Below, piece after piece: positions 33,502 to 47,730 of a stretch of 64,000 nt of DNA. Positions within the stretch are counted from its first letter, which is position 1, and the number at the start of each line of letters is the position of its first letter. The position numbers and the translations under genes were made by a program. The notes under the pieces are model-generated. The model searched no databases, was not told the DNA's origin, and saw only the letters and a list, made by a program, of their open reading frames with translations. The stretch is from Chrysemys picta bellii (Eukaryota). The stretch lies in assembly GCF_011386835.1 (NCBI RefSeq), contig NC_088804.1:16058001-16122000 (forward strand), in the 5' to 3' direction.

Positions 33502-36500
33502 CATATTTAAATACCTAAACATTGATTTAGATGCCTAATTTTAATGTGAAATATTTTATGATAATTGTGCAAAAATTGACTGAGCAGCAGAGAAGAGCTG
33601 CTTATTTTCAAAGCAGAAGATATTTATCTCATGACTGAGCTCTTTTACAGTTACTCTATTTATAGTTCTCATGCTGCTTTTATAAATAGCTGCGTTTCAG
33701 ATGGTTTAGGAAATTGGCATACTCTGTCTTATTCATAAAAGCATATTTGTTAAATTAAATTATACTTTTATTCATAAGCTAGTTTCTGATTGGCAGAGGT
33801 TTGTCTTTTTTTTTTAAGCAGTTTCAAGTTAGTAGAATAAACAGTATTGAATTTAATTAAGTTAAGTGTTATTTAGGTATTGGAAAATTGATATTCAGTA
33901 TGCTTTAGAAAATAGAATTTTTAAAAGAATAACTTTGTTAGGTCTTTAACCTGTAAGCATAAAGATACAATACTACTACTAATAGACAAGAAACTATGTA
34001 CTAACTACAAAGATATAATTTCACTGATAGGCAGTAGTAACACACTCTGTGGTTGTGGTTTCTCACCGTAACCCAGGATGGAGTTTCTTTCTATTGCATT
34101 GTTTAAGATGGTTAGAAATACTTTAACCTTACACTTAAACAGTTACAAGTCAACTTCTGCCCTAGATATGGGCACTTAAGTCCTAGTTACTTCAGTATAA
34201 ATTACAAACATATATGAGAGCACAACTTGGGCCTACAACATGAAACATTTATGTTGCATATAGTCATGGATCTCAGTGGAAACAAATACTTGTACGTGTG
34301 TAACTGTGAAGTCTGTGACTCTCTAAGAATTTGCAAAACTATATACAATATGATGAATTGGCATGGTTGACTTTTTGCAGAAGAACAATGTATGCTTTGT
34401 GGTATAAGCTTTTTTTAAAATAAAGTCAAGCAACATGTGCTCCTGTTTTCCTTTCTTTCCAATATTTCTTTTAGATACACACTTTAAGGCATCTTTCCTC
34501 TGCCACAGTGATGTAATGGGGCTTTAGTGTGATTGAGAGTTAGGCCCAAGAAGCATGTGTATCAAGCGTATGAGTGTATATAGATGAATTACACATTACT
34601 TCCGATGGTGCAGTCTGACATTCTAAGCTAAACAGAGGCTTGCATGGTTGCTTTTTTGACAGAGATCTACCTGTTGTTTGTGGCATAATATATACAACAG
34701 ATAATTTACGCCCTCTGTTTTATTCTGGTATCTTTGTCTTTTTAGATTTCAGCATTTGAAAAGCACATTTCAGAATAGCTGGGCTGTATTACTCATGGAA
34801 GATGTTTACAAAAAAAACATCTGTAGCTTGTTGAATATACATATAGAATTGTTACTCCAAGGACTCAGCTGATACTCCCCTACAGAATTATGCATTCTTC
34901 ATGTGGGATTTGGAAGGTTCTAATATAATAGTCTTTTCTAAATTGTATATGAGCAGATGACTTGATTCACTGTGGCTGGCTCTGGGGGAGCCTAGCAGCA
35001 CCCCTAGATTATTAGGAGCTGCTTCAAGAGAATGAGGATTTTTGTCTGGTGAGGGCAGGTGGTGATTTGCTAGCAGAGGACAGTTTTATGTTGTATCTTT
35101 GGCTCCCAAATACTGCCTGGGGAATGTTCTGAATCAACCTACTCTTCGGTTGTCATGCCTCACCTCTGATAGTGCTTCCCACTTTTGACCTGGGTTGGCT
35201 GGTTCTAGGTCATACCAGCCACTTTAATTACTTTTAACTCCCCCCAAACCCAGGCAGACTTTCACCATCCAGGCCTGAGGTATGTCTGTAAAAAACAGCA
35301 TAATCCAGGGCTAAATATAGCCCACCGGGTTTAGCAACAAGTTGTACAAAAGGAAATCATATTTGTTATGCTAAATGGAAGGATATGGCGAGGTAGACAA
35401 ATGACTAGGTACCATAGATTTACTTTGGCACTGTACATATGCAAAGCCATTAGTGGGATAGTTCAAATTTGCAAGCTTGAGATGAGTCTTGAACTTTCTA
35501 CTTGAAATTTAGCTCTGCTCTGAAAAGTCACTGTAAAAATGGCATTATGCGGTTCCATGGTTATTGTGTCACAGTGATTTGCAGATCTAATTTGCTCATT
35601 AAGTAACAAGATGTTTTTACTAAATGCAAATAAAACAGGGCTCTTTCTGTCTTCCATGTTATGAAGTATATGGGAGTTCTGCTTGAGTGAGGACTGCAGT
35701 ATTTCGTTCTAATTTCCAGTTGCAGAACTGGATTACTGGTGACACAACATAGTCTAGAAAGTCTTTTGCCTATATTACTATACCCATATCTTTAGTCAGT
35801 AGGAGTTCTGCTTGAGTAAAGGTCACAGCATTTGGTGCTTTAACAACTCTGATGACGATGTGTGAACCAGAAAAGAATCCAGCTCCCTCACTTATAGATG
35901 TGTTGACTCTGTAGGACTAACAGGAATAAAATAAACGTATTCTTCAGAAAAGTTTGCAGCGATGACTTGTTATGCACACAGAGATGAAAATTGTTGAGTC
36001 AGAAAATGACACTTTTATATAGTCCCTTTTTTAAAATGTTATTCGAATTTAAGGTTCTGACTCAGTTGAAATGAGCTTTCATAGCGCCACAAAAGTGGTA
36101 AGAGGCTACTTTTTATTGTGAAGGGTTAGGACTCTTTCTTTGCCTTTTCTAGAGTCATTGAATTTTTTATGGCATGCTTATGGTCCTAGTCTCCCATATA
36201 CCTACTGTATATGACTTTCTGGCCCATTCAATGCTTGCCATCTCTGCATCACATTTCATACTGCTTGGCAATATGCATATGCACAATTATTTCTAAATAG
36301 ATGCTTTTAAAAGTTATCTCATCATGAGAAATGAGCAGTATGGTGTGATGATAAAGAGCTTGATTCATGTGATGATATGTGTGAGCTTTATGCTATTTTA
36401 GACTTTATACACCTGCAGAGTTTCTATGACTCAAACAACTCATAATAGGCTAAATTACAAAAAATAAGGACATCAGAAGAGTTGGATAGGGTCTAGAAAT

Positions 36501-39500
36501 CACAAAAATGTAACAGGAATCTATACGGCCTCAAACTATATAAAGTACTTGAGTTTCATTTATTTTCTGCATGGATGAAAACTGACATCAGACATATTCC
36601 TTGCTGTCTCCTGCAACTACATTTCTTCCTCACAAAATGTAAACTTTTTCATTTAAAATAAATATGAGAATAGAAAGGAGTGTACAATTTCTGTAGAGTA
36701 AAATTAGTTCTGGACCTTCATATTCACTAGTCCAGATTGATGGGTTGCAGCTGCTCTTGATGAGAGACAGGTAGTTCCGTTGTTGACATCTGGCCCAGAA
36801 TTTTGACAGCAAGCATCTCCATCTCATACCTCTTACCATTATTTTTATGCTTTTTCCCTACTTCTTCCTGCTGCATTCTTCACCTTCATTCCCTGCTTTT
36901 ACATTTCTTTGTGAAGAGGCAGTCATACCAGTCTACGTAAAATTCTGAAAAGGCCACATATTTTTTAAGAAAGGAAGATAGCTGTGGCGAACCTGCAAGA
37001 AGGGTGAAAATAAAGGAGTGAAGGGTTGGGGAGCATTCCTACAGTTAATAATTTTGGGGTTGATTTGTCTTTGGTATTCCTAGGCTCTGAAACCTGCAGT
37101 TTCTGGGACTGAGGATGTCTGCCGTCTTCCCAGAGAAGGAGAACTCCTCATTCAAAAAACAGAATATTGATGGTAACCAGACAGAAAAGGAAAAAATTGA
37201 TTCATCTTTTTCTTCTTTGATTCTGATAGCTTCTGGTACCGAGCAAGGGAGCTCACATTTGTAGCACTTCTCCCTTACTTTAGTAGTTCAGGTTATCGAA
37301 GTTGTTAGCACGGATGCTGCATTAACATCCTTGAATTTAGAAACACGAAGATTTCAGACAATGCATCTCTGTGTGGGTGGTAGTGAGTGAAGGGGAAGAG
37401 GCAGTTATTCTGTTCCAACCGCAGAATTTTTTCTCTTGGAGAAAAGCTCTTCTCTTAGAAGTTCTTATTCTGAAAAGAAGGATCATGACTCTTCTAGACA
37501 TTTAACCTAGAGAAAGCACTGAACTTTGTGCTAAAATTTGTCAAAAACATGTGTGACTCCCTCTTCTCCAGCTCTGGTTTCCAAAGTAATCTAAGAGCAG
37601 GAGAAACTGGATAACATCATGCTCCCATACATAGTTGTAAGTTCTCTGATGGAGAATCTGTGGCAGGTTGAAGACAGAAATAGTTCTCATACTTTCACAT
37701 TTGATCGAAGCTTCATAAATAACTTGCTGAAAAATTAAACTGGGGGGGGGGGTACTGTAGGAATATTAGCCATCCCAGGCTCCGCAGACCTGTGTTCTAG
37801 TCCCCCAGTTCATAGGCATCCATGATCTGAGAAGTTAAGGCCACTCCCTGATGCTGTTTGGAAAATAAATGAAATCTGTGACAATAATCTGTGCTACAAG
37901 ATCATCGCACAATGTTAGTAACCATCCATCTGGCTGTTAAAGCACCAACTTCCATACAACAACCACTACATGCAATGTCTCAGCCTCACTACCAGCAGCA
38001 ACGTATCTGCCTGGTAACGAAAATGGGCTATACAGCTATAAACTAAGTCATAAGACCTGTGTTCTTATTTTATGAAGCGACAACCATTGTTATGTTCTTC
38101 TACAGCAATAAAACGTACAGAATTGCCTCATGTGACGTGTCCCTGCATTCTAGGATGTTCTGAGTTCCAGCAGAAGGATTGGCTAATCTGGTGGGAGCAA
38201 GAAAGGTTATCTGCTTTGACAAAGCAAACCAAAGATGGGACAATAATCCAGAACCTGCAACAGAAGGATTTTAGAAATATCCATCAACCGTCAGTGCAGA
38301 ATTTCAAGGAAATTAATTTTTTAGAGGGCAATCAGGTCAACCCGTATTGTTTTGTGAGTCCACATTGTCAGACTGGAGGGAGGCTAAACTGGCTAGTGAA
38401 AGCATGAACCGATATTTCTGCAGATTGCTGTGTGAAGTCAGCAGTTAACAGATGTTTTTTGTGTAATTTATAGTGATTCCATCACCCGCTTGGTTCATTC
38501 ATAACACAGGAGAGGGAATTACAGACAGAGACAGATGACGTCAAGCCTGGTAGATAATCTCCTTGGTATCCCGGAAGAGAAACCAGTTTCTCCTCTGGAG
38601 GCATGCTCGATCATTTACTTAATTTATTTTGCCATCTCTAAAAGATAATAGGAGGTAGATGGCCAATCCTAGATCAAATAGGTGACTTGTTTTGTTGTGA
38701 AGAATGATTATGAATGGAAACTGGAAGGGCTCTGCTGTGGGCGATTATCAGGCATCCCTGGACTTGGAAGGATCACATTCTTGTTTAATTAGAAACATCT
38801 TGAGTTTTGCTCTGAGGGATGATTATCTACAATACTATTCTCTCCACACTGAATTTATCTCAGGTCCAGAGTACTGTATAGTGTCCTGCTGGGGGGAGTA
38901 TCCAGGAGCCTAGAAGGAAACTATCTATCTAAAGAGATTAAAGGAATTTTCCTTCTTACATTAGATTGTTACTGATGACACTTCTTATGGGTATGGGGCA
39001 GATCTTCAGCTGGTGCAAATTGTCAGAGCTCAAAATTGAACTTCAATGGTTTACATCATCTTAGGGTATGGTCCATGGAACTTGAAGTGGTTGTTGGCTC
39101 AGGAGAGATGGTTCCTTTAGCAGTGTTTATAAATCAGTAGCCTGAGTTCCAAGGTTTGGGAAGTGTTCATGACTTTTTAAGGCTATGCCCTTAAGAAATG
39201 AAGCCCTCATTAATTTGGGCAGTGGAAAAGAATAGATAACTCTTCACAGAGGTATGTGAAGTGAGTGTGAGTTCAGCTGTCCCTGTTTGTGTCAGACTGT
39301 CTTAGTTTTGTGGAAAGTAATTAGAGCCGGAAATTAGCACAGTGTGTGTGTGTCTTTCCCTTTTCTTAGTCCACAGGGATAGACACACCTTAGCTCTGAT
39401 CCCACTAATGTAAAAAGTGGTTTGCAAGATGCAGAAGGGTTTGTCCATAAGCATTCTAGGAATTCCACCCTAGGTACTGCAGGCTGAGTTTGATCCTGTA

Positions 39501-42500
39501 CAGTTTTCAATAAAGGAATAGTGTTCTTTCCCCATGTTTGGATTGAAAGCTGGATACTTAAATCCATCCTGACCATTGACATGGGTAGTTTGCGTGTGGC
39601 AGAGACAGGAAAAACTCTGTTTGCCTAGCAAATTATTCAGCATTTTCTAGTTACAATCTAGTCACTGATATTTTTATTGAAGGCAAACAGAACTGTTGAT
39701 GGTAATATATATATACATTACCATATGTATATATGTATATACACAAGTTATCATATAGTTTATCAGATACAAAAGTAAAGGATTACAACAGAGTTGAGAC
39801 AATGTAAGTGAAAGGTTAGAGTAACTACATGTACTGTTATAAAAGTTATATCAAGGCTACATTTAGAACTACTTAATTCCACTATGACCATCTATCCTCA
39901 AATAGTCCACTAGCTAATCTGATTCAGGCATAAATTGTTCCATTTCATTTAATGGTTTTATTCTTGTCATCCTCATATGCATAGTAGGTATTTGTTTTTG
40001 CAGCCATAGTAATTAAGTGCAATTTTTTGGCTTCAGTTACAAGGATTCTTCTGCCTTTGTTTAACTTCAGTAAATCAGGACATTGCCTTAACACCATAAT
40101 TAATGGAATTTGGAGATTCTTGAAATGGCTCTTGTATCCATTGTCTAACAGCACATCAGAATTCTTTCAGTTTGGTACATTCCTGGAAGAGAGATAAAAT
40201 GATCACTCATACCATGGCGCACTTGCTAGAATTTTCTTGTGAATTTTGCATCGATTTTGCTTTTTTAAGACTAGTGTACGGGAAGTTTCCATAAAAAATT
40301 TCCCGCCTCCCACAAAGTGGGGGAAGTTGTACTATTCATAGTGATTAGGATTATATCCTATGAGATATGCTGGTCCCTTTCCTTTCCTAACCTAGTGTCA
40401 CGTTGTCAGTATTGCCCTCTAATTCCATAGAAAAATATGTAGCTGTGTATTTATTTATTTTTATCAGAGATCAGATTATTTTATAATTTCCTAGCATAGT
40501 CCTCTTGTTGGGATATTGATAGTTTAAGCTTCCTCCAATTTCTTTTCTTCATTTTAGAAGGGATCCCTAAGCAAATCCTGTCCACCACTTTCCAATACTT
40601 AAAAATTCACTTCTGCCACGAGCCTACAGGAAGAGAGGGGAACTAAAGAAAATATTAATGAAAAGAAAAACTATCATGATGTGTATATGCCTTACTAAGT
40701 AACTGCATTATATGATTGTCAGCCCACTTTTCCCCTCCTTTATTCCCCTCTCTTGACTGTTTAGGTCTCGCATGTTGTGCATGACTGATATAGATTTCTT
40801 TGGGGCCAAGGACATGCCTTCATTTTCTTTTTGAGGTTTCTGTCATATATTTGGGTACTCTATCATCATCCTCACCACCCATCATCCATTGTTCATCATC
40901 TATTATGAATTCAGAGGGTATTCTCCAACAGGTAAAATGGAAAAGGTCTAATTTAAGCACGAATTTAAATTTAAGCACTAATTGGTATTAGTATTTATTA
41001 AGGAAGGCTTGGACAAAGGCTAGTACTTTCAGAATCCACACCGCTTCTTTAGTGCAGTTCAGGGGAAAATTATCTGGTCATTAGATGGAATTCCATCTTC
41101 TTGTGGTCTCTTTCTTAAGAATATGGCTCAGTTTGTTGTTGGAGTAAAGGCTTGATTCTAAGGCTTTGGCGGCATCCAAATGGTGATAAACGGGAGATAT
41201 GGGGTTTATTCTAGGTTTCACTTGAACCAACTTTTTACTTGCACACTGCTTATAATACGATTGTATTTGCTACTCCTTATATGTCAGAGGGGTGAGTTGT
41301 ATTTGGGGATGGGGGGGGGGAGAATAAGAATTAAGAATATCAAATCATCTGTTTATCCTGTGAAGAGATCCTAAAAAAGGAGCCATGATGTACAACTTTA
41401 TGATTCCCAGATGGATTAATGGAGGAATTTTGGAGGCATGCTTGCAGAAGGGATCTCTGGCCTGATGACCAAGGTACATTCCACAAAGAAAGTGGCCTCT
41501 TCGGGGTTGGAGAGATGAGGGGAAGGAAATCTGCAAATGCCCATTTAGTCGTCTTCATTTTGTTTTACCACCATAATATAAGTTTTCTCTTTCTCCCCCT
41601 ACCCCCTCCCTCAGAGTGAGAGAGGATTGCATTTTGTCATCTGGTGGCTGGTCCACAAAAAGGAAAAGGAACTTACTATGACTTACATGCCAGGGAGATT
41701 TTCCTTTACCTCAAATAGTACATGGCTGTGTTTTCAAGCTGAAGCACTGGGATTCCAATCCCAGCTCTGCAGGTGTGTGTGTTTGTGTGATTTACCTAGT
41801 AATTGTGACTGTTGTCTGCAACATATGGATTTGTTACACCAAGCTGGACACTTTTTTGACTCTGCAGTTGTGTGTTCAGCCATGACATCCTGAAAGCAAT
41901 GATTTCTGTTTAGCTCCACTTAATCTTGCTGTAAGAAACTGCTATTTAGAGCCCATCAGCCTGGGTTGGTGGATCTAACGGTGTAGAAAATAACAGTGTG
42001 TAAAGGCTGTTTATCTCAGATACACTTGTCTGGAATATCCCACACGGATATCTGTGCACTATTTTATACATCTGAGTGTTAGGGCTGCTGTTTTCATAAA
42101 TGGTTTTTATAATTCTTTGTTTCCCTTTAATGATTACGATACAGTAACATAGTTCTGATCCTCTTTAGTCAGTTTTTATTACCTCTGAGTGCTGGAGTAA
42201 TCTCATCTGGGGAAAAGCTAGTTGAGAACTCAGGTACCAAACTTGTAGGCTAGTTCTCATAGATCCTGCTACTTTTAACTCACAGAGAAAGAAATTACAG
42301 TCTGTCAGTACAGACTTGGAGAGGCAGAAAGTGTCTTTATAAAAAAGAGTGCTACTTTCCTAAGATAAAGGTAATGGAAAATAGGTCTCTTGATAGAAAA
42401 ATGTTACTTTTATAGTAGATACAAATTAATGCATTCTTCCTGTCCTCCTCCTCCTGTGTAGTGCTGTCCCCATTTTGGATTGCATACTGATGGGGTGCTG

Positions 42501-42651
42501 TAACAGATTGTAGGGACTCATGTACAAAGAAAGCTTAGAATCCAGTTAATTTTGAAAGGGGACACAAAGGTTGGGTAATATATTTTCATACACTAGTTCC
42601 CGATAAGGTCTTTGTGAAATTTAATTGCAGGGCCTAAACTGCAGAAAGCGA

Positions 42652-42850
42652 GGGCCTACATTTTTCTAAAGTGACTAATGTTTTTGGGTGCCTCCTTTTT
42701 GGGTGCCGAATTTGAAGCACTTTAAAAGTGACCTGATTTTCAGAGGAGGTCCACTATATGGTCTGAAAATCAGCCCCTTGAAGTGTCTCAAGTTGGTTCC
42801 CAAAAATTGAGAAACTCAAAATCACTAAACACTTCAGAAAATGTAGGCCC
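42652..42850. repeat. Palindromic MITE-like element
   Basis: gggcctacatttttctaaagtg... and ...cacttcagaaaatgtaggccc are long imperfect inverted arms around an internal gattttcag/ctgaaaatc hairpin. Confidence 0.65.
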
Positions 42851-44664
42851 TGCAGTATTTTAATTAACTGGATGTATGACTACTCAAGTCATAGGAATCT
42901 TAGATCAATTGTTAGTATGAGAACCATCGTGATAATGGTACAGATCTGTTACCAAGAGAAGATCATAATCACATGATTCCTGTTTTAAAAAAATAATTGG
43001 AGAGAACTTGTCACTTACAAAACTGTTTTACTGTTACTTGTATTTTATTCTAGTAATGTATGGGAATGGTAAATTTAGCAGAAAGTATTCAGCACTTTTA
43101 TGTCTGTCTTAGTAAATTTCATAGCTGCTTCTTAATTCTTATTAAAAGACTTTGTAATCACAGACATTTATTAATCAGAAATAATTAGCTTTTCCAGCTT
43201 TACACATGTAAATCACAGAAGTCCTAGAGAGTAAGAACCAGGACTCTTACATCTGACAAATACATGGGGCTTCATTTCCAGAAATAGAACTTGAACTATG
43301 TTCTTTCTTCTCAGATAACTCCTCCTTCTTGAAAAAGATGCTCATCAAAGAATGTTTTATGAAACAGAAATACACCATTCACAAGCCCCGTTGGATTCCA
43401 CGAGTTATTACATTTCACATCCAGTATGGTTTATTTTTCCAGATGCACACTTCAGAATAATGTATTTTTAATACTACATACAGAATTCAACAGATTCATA
43501 ATAACACATGACATCTTAATATCCTTTGTGACATCCTATTGGTCATATCCAACTGGGCTAAACAGTTGTGTATGCTATAAAAATGACATCTATTATAAAA
43601 ATAAGGATAATGCAAAAAGATACAAACAATCCCTTAAATTTGTGAAGACTGTTACAAATCTTGAATGTTAATTTTGAGAGAGAAAATACATGCTAATGCT
43701 AAGTTTATGCCTTCAGTTAATAGCCCTTTATTCCTCCAGGAAAAAAAAATCAAGCAGCTATGCTTTAAATGAATTTAATGAACTGTAAAGACTGACATTT
43801 TCACTATAAAAGTCACACTTCATTTAATGAAGTAGTTAAATATTGATGCTATATTAAAATACAGGCTGAATAAAAATGGCAATATGGTTTTCAAAATAGG
43901 AATTCAAGGGTTTTTTTGTTATATTGAAAATTTCACGAACTGAGAAAAGGGAAGTACAGTACAGCAAAATATCTTCATGATAAACACAAAATATAATGTT
44001 GAAATAACATGAAGGTTGAAGGACATAAACCCATAAAAGCAAGGAAATTGAGTTAAGCCTTTCACTGCACTCTTAACTCAGCCCCTTTGTACTTAAGCAT
44101 TGCAATGTTATATGAATGGATCCCTCGTTATTCTCCAGTGTCTGCATCTTCTGTGGGTTTAGAACAAATGCCAACAGATTGTAACCCTGCAGTACAAGTG
44201 GTACCCAAAAGAATTAGCCACATATTTAATCCATGTAGTTAAAATAAATATTTCCCCATATGTTCTATGTGTCTCCCGGTTTGGTGTTAGTTCAAAATTG
44301 TTGTTTTTTAATGTTCAACTTTTGTGACAATAGTATGTTTCCATGTTGACTATATTATGGTTTCTATTAATGTGGCCTTTTTCATTTATCTTCATCTTTG
44401 TATGTAGACTTTCACCATCACGATCTTGAGAATTTTGTCATGAAGCAAATAAGGAAAAAAAACCTGGATGAAGAAATATCATTGGCAAATGTGACTATGA
44501 TGTTGGCTCCAAAGAGCTTGACAAAGAGGGGAAAAAATGGGAATCTTGCCACTGACTTCAATGGGAACATGATTGGTCCGATAATTTAGGACTAAATTTT
44601 GTTGTTATACCATGTAAAGTCCTAACTCCACTGACTTCCGTTTTCCAGTGCTGTAAAACACACA

Positions 44665-44735
44665 GGGTGAAATCTTAGCCCCATTGAAGCCGTTGGCAAA
44701 ACTCCTGATGACTTCAATGGACCCAGGATTTCGCC
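44665..44735. repeat. Short palindromic MITE-like repeat, same family as 27199-27271
   Basis: gggtgaaatc...ccattgaag...gacttcaatgg...ggatttcgcc. Confidence 0.65.
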
Positions 44736-45886
44736 GTCAGAAGTTAACTTGTAAACCAATGGCAAAGAGTTCTAGCATATTATTTTCTTGTGTCAGATCT
44801 TCTGTTGGTGTAAAATGATTTCTGTACTTTGAATTTAGTAGAGCTGATTTACCTTACGCTGTAAAATAAGAGTTTCTAATTGGACTATCTCAGAACCAAA
44901 AGGTAGTGATGGGTACTGAGAAAATGGGGGTGTTTAAAAAAATAGTGTTAGGTATACATCTAGTGATACTACCCAATAATAAAGGATAAAGGCTGGTTAG
45001 GGAACATTAATTAATTATTTACATTTCTAGCAGCTGCCATGAGTGGTCGTCTGGTTATTTTTTCTGATACATAGAACACAAGTTTAACCATTTATTTTTA
45101 AGTGCAAGGTTGGAATATGCAGACCCTGTTATATAGGTATGTATGTGATAGAATCTGGGTTAGAGTTAGTGGCCATCATAGTTTCCACTAGTGTGACTGT
45201 GTCATAACATTACTGCTAATGGTATTTTGACATGGCAGTGGCTGAGAAGGGAAGCAATTTCAGTCAGATCAGTGGAAGTGGTCCTTTTGCAAAGCAGTAT
45301 TGACTATCACTGAATTAATCCAGAATATTATCAGAACATTGAAGAATAAATTCTCAAATTAGAAATTGTTCCAGAGAAAGGGAAGGAAATGCAAGGATAT
45401 AATGACTGTCACATGTTCATGCTATCCATTGTTCTCGGAAAGTAAACCATTGTTCAGTGTTTGGTGCTGCAAATGGATTTGTTTTAGTAATGCTAGCTGG
45501 CGCCTGATCCTCTTGCCATTGAAGACAGTGGCAAATTTCCCATTGAATTCAAAGGGAGCCGGAAGTGACCCTAAATACATTTTTTGGGGTGTGTTTATCA
45601 GTGTATGTCCTTCTGAAATGAAAACACTTTAAAATGGTAATTGAGTACTTGAGAAATGTGGCATCTATAAGACATTTTTGTAATTATTCAGCAGTTGTAT
45701 ATTAGAATACTTTTATTAAAACAGCAACAGTGCTGATATCCTTAACAGTAATACAGGGAAGAAAATGTTTTATTAAATGCTAATTTCACTTGTTATTTAA
45801 GAAGTAGCTAGCTTTGAACACATTAATCTCCTTTTCTCTTTAATTCAAGGTTGATGGTCTAGGTCTTACACATTGTATCTATGAAT

Positions 45887-46026
45887 NNNNNNNNNNNNNN
45901 NNNNNNNNNNNNNNNNNNNNNNNNNNNNNNNNNNNNNNNNNNNNNNNNNNNNNNNNNNNNNNNNNNNNNNNNNNNNNNNNNNNNNNNNNNNNNNNNNNNN
46001 NNNNNNNNNNNNNNNNNNNNNNNNNN
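45887..46026. other. Assembly gap (140 N)
   Basis: Run of N. Confidence 1.
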
Positions 46027-47577
46027 GCTTGTGGGAGTGCAGTGTACAGTAATAACATATGCCTTTTACCAGAGAATAGTAATTATTGAGAATCAAATAA
46101 ATCTGTAGGAGGTTAAGTATATATGGAGTAGATATCAATTGTAGTTTTCTAAAACTAGACAGAAATACTATCTGAAGATGTTACTGTATGAAGTAATGAA
46201 CTTTATCCTTTAAAAGCCCTGAACCTTCAGTAGTATTTGGTTATGTCATATTCCTTACTAACAGATCTACTATTAAGTAAATCTTCAAAAAAGAGTAAAG
46301 TTAACACTTGTTCAGTGACATTACATACATTAACATTTAGCAATATCCATCTGCATAAGCACCTGTTTCCTCACTTATCTCATACTTTTATTAAATGTAA
46401 ATTAAAACCACATGCTCTGGAAAGTTTTTTGCTAATTCTTTTTCTTGAACAGAATCTTATTCCCTTTGGAAATGAAAATCCAAAATAAATGATTGCACAT
46501 TAATGAAAGAGAAAATATCTTTTTTTTTTTAAATGGATCATATAATGTACACATTTCATTCATAGTTCAGCAAAGTTCTACCTAAAATTAGTTCAAGTAT
46601 TTTTATTATTTAGATTATTGTCTGTAATAACTCCATTGACATAAAAGTATGGACCAACTATGGTAGTGGCAGTGCAAATAATAAATATTAAGTATTAACA
46701 TGGGTATAAATATAATACTTCTAGCTATTGTGGTAACCAAGGTTACTTTCTTATGTAGCTAATGTCTTATTCTGGAGACTTTCATGACAATGGAAGTTCA
46801 ATCCAAAAAATAAGGAAAATCTTTTTCAATTAACATTTCTTACATTTTGGAATTTTAATATTACAGTGAAACCCACTTAAGTACCAAACTGTTTCATATG
46901 CCTTTCCAAGCTTCTGCCATGGTTGAAAGAATTGCGGTGAATAGAAAGCATAAAGTAAACCAAGACCAAACCATTAATGATAAATTTCATTGGCTTCAAT
47001 GGGCTTTGGATCTGGCTCATACCCTGGTCTCCAGTGGGGCCCCAGGCAGTGGAGTCAGTGTTGTTCAACTGGGGAGGTAAGATTTGAGCATCCTTAGCCA
47101 GGGAGAGAGGAGAAGGGGTAACTCTTGTGCACCATGGCACACTCTGTTGGGAGAATGGTGCCAGATTAAGGTGGACAGTTCCATGTTAGTCACTGGTTGC
47201 ATCTTTTGCCCTTCACTATGCTGAGGGGTCTCTCTTGGAGATGAGATTACTTCAGCCATCAGCCTAGAGTAACCTCCGTGGAATTGTGCTGCTGTCACCC
47301 TATGGCCTTGAGGACCCCAGTCTTTCTCACCAGTATGTCGGCTGGCACCCTATGGACATATTACTAGCTGGAGCCTGGAGAACGGATTTCTCCCAAAAAC
47401 ATTAATTGAAGCCTCGGTAATTTTGATATAATCAATTTGTGATAGGTCATTGTCAAGGTCTTTAAAGGTGAGAGAAATTATTTTCCAAGCTACCCGAAGG
47501 TAGTTAGCACTGGAACTCATTTTTAGTGAGGGCCTGCAGGGTATATGCAAAGTGTGTCCCAGGAATCCTGCCACAAT

Positions 47578-47730
47578 GGGCTGGTCTACACTGAAAACTT
47601 ACAGTGGCATGGCTACGTCTCTCGGGGTGTGAAAAATCCAGAACCCTAAGAGATGTAGTTAAGCCGCCCTAACCTCCAGTGTAGATGGCTCTACTGCCTC
47701 TTGGGGAAGTGGATTAGCTACAGCGATGGG
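47578..47730. mobile_element. Harbinger-type MITE fragment (GTCTACAC family)
   Basis: Terminus gggctggtctacactg and internal cagtgtagat; similar to 53552 and 54683. Confidence 0.5.

Noticed and set aside
35673-35817. 16-bp direct repeat ggagttctgcttgagt about 130 bp apart
   Set aside because: Best explained as two half-copies of the common hairpin repeat family rather than an LTR pair or array.
38072-38407. ORF starting MKRQP, resembling the recalled human TOX3 alternative N-terminus (MKCQP...)
   Set aside because: Similarity stops after five residues and there is no suitably placed phase-0 donor; most likely coincidence.
45866-46138. ORFs spanning N runs (also 63237-63740)
   Set aside because: Artefacts of assembly gaps.
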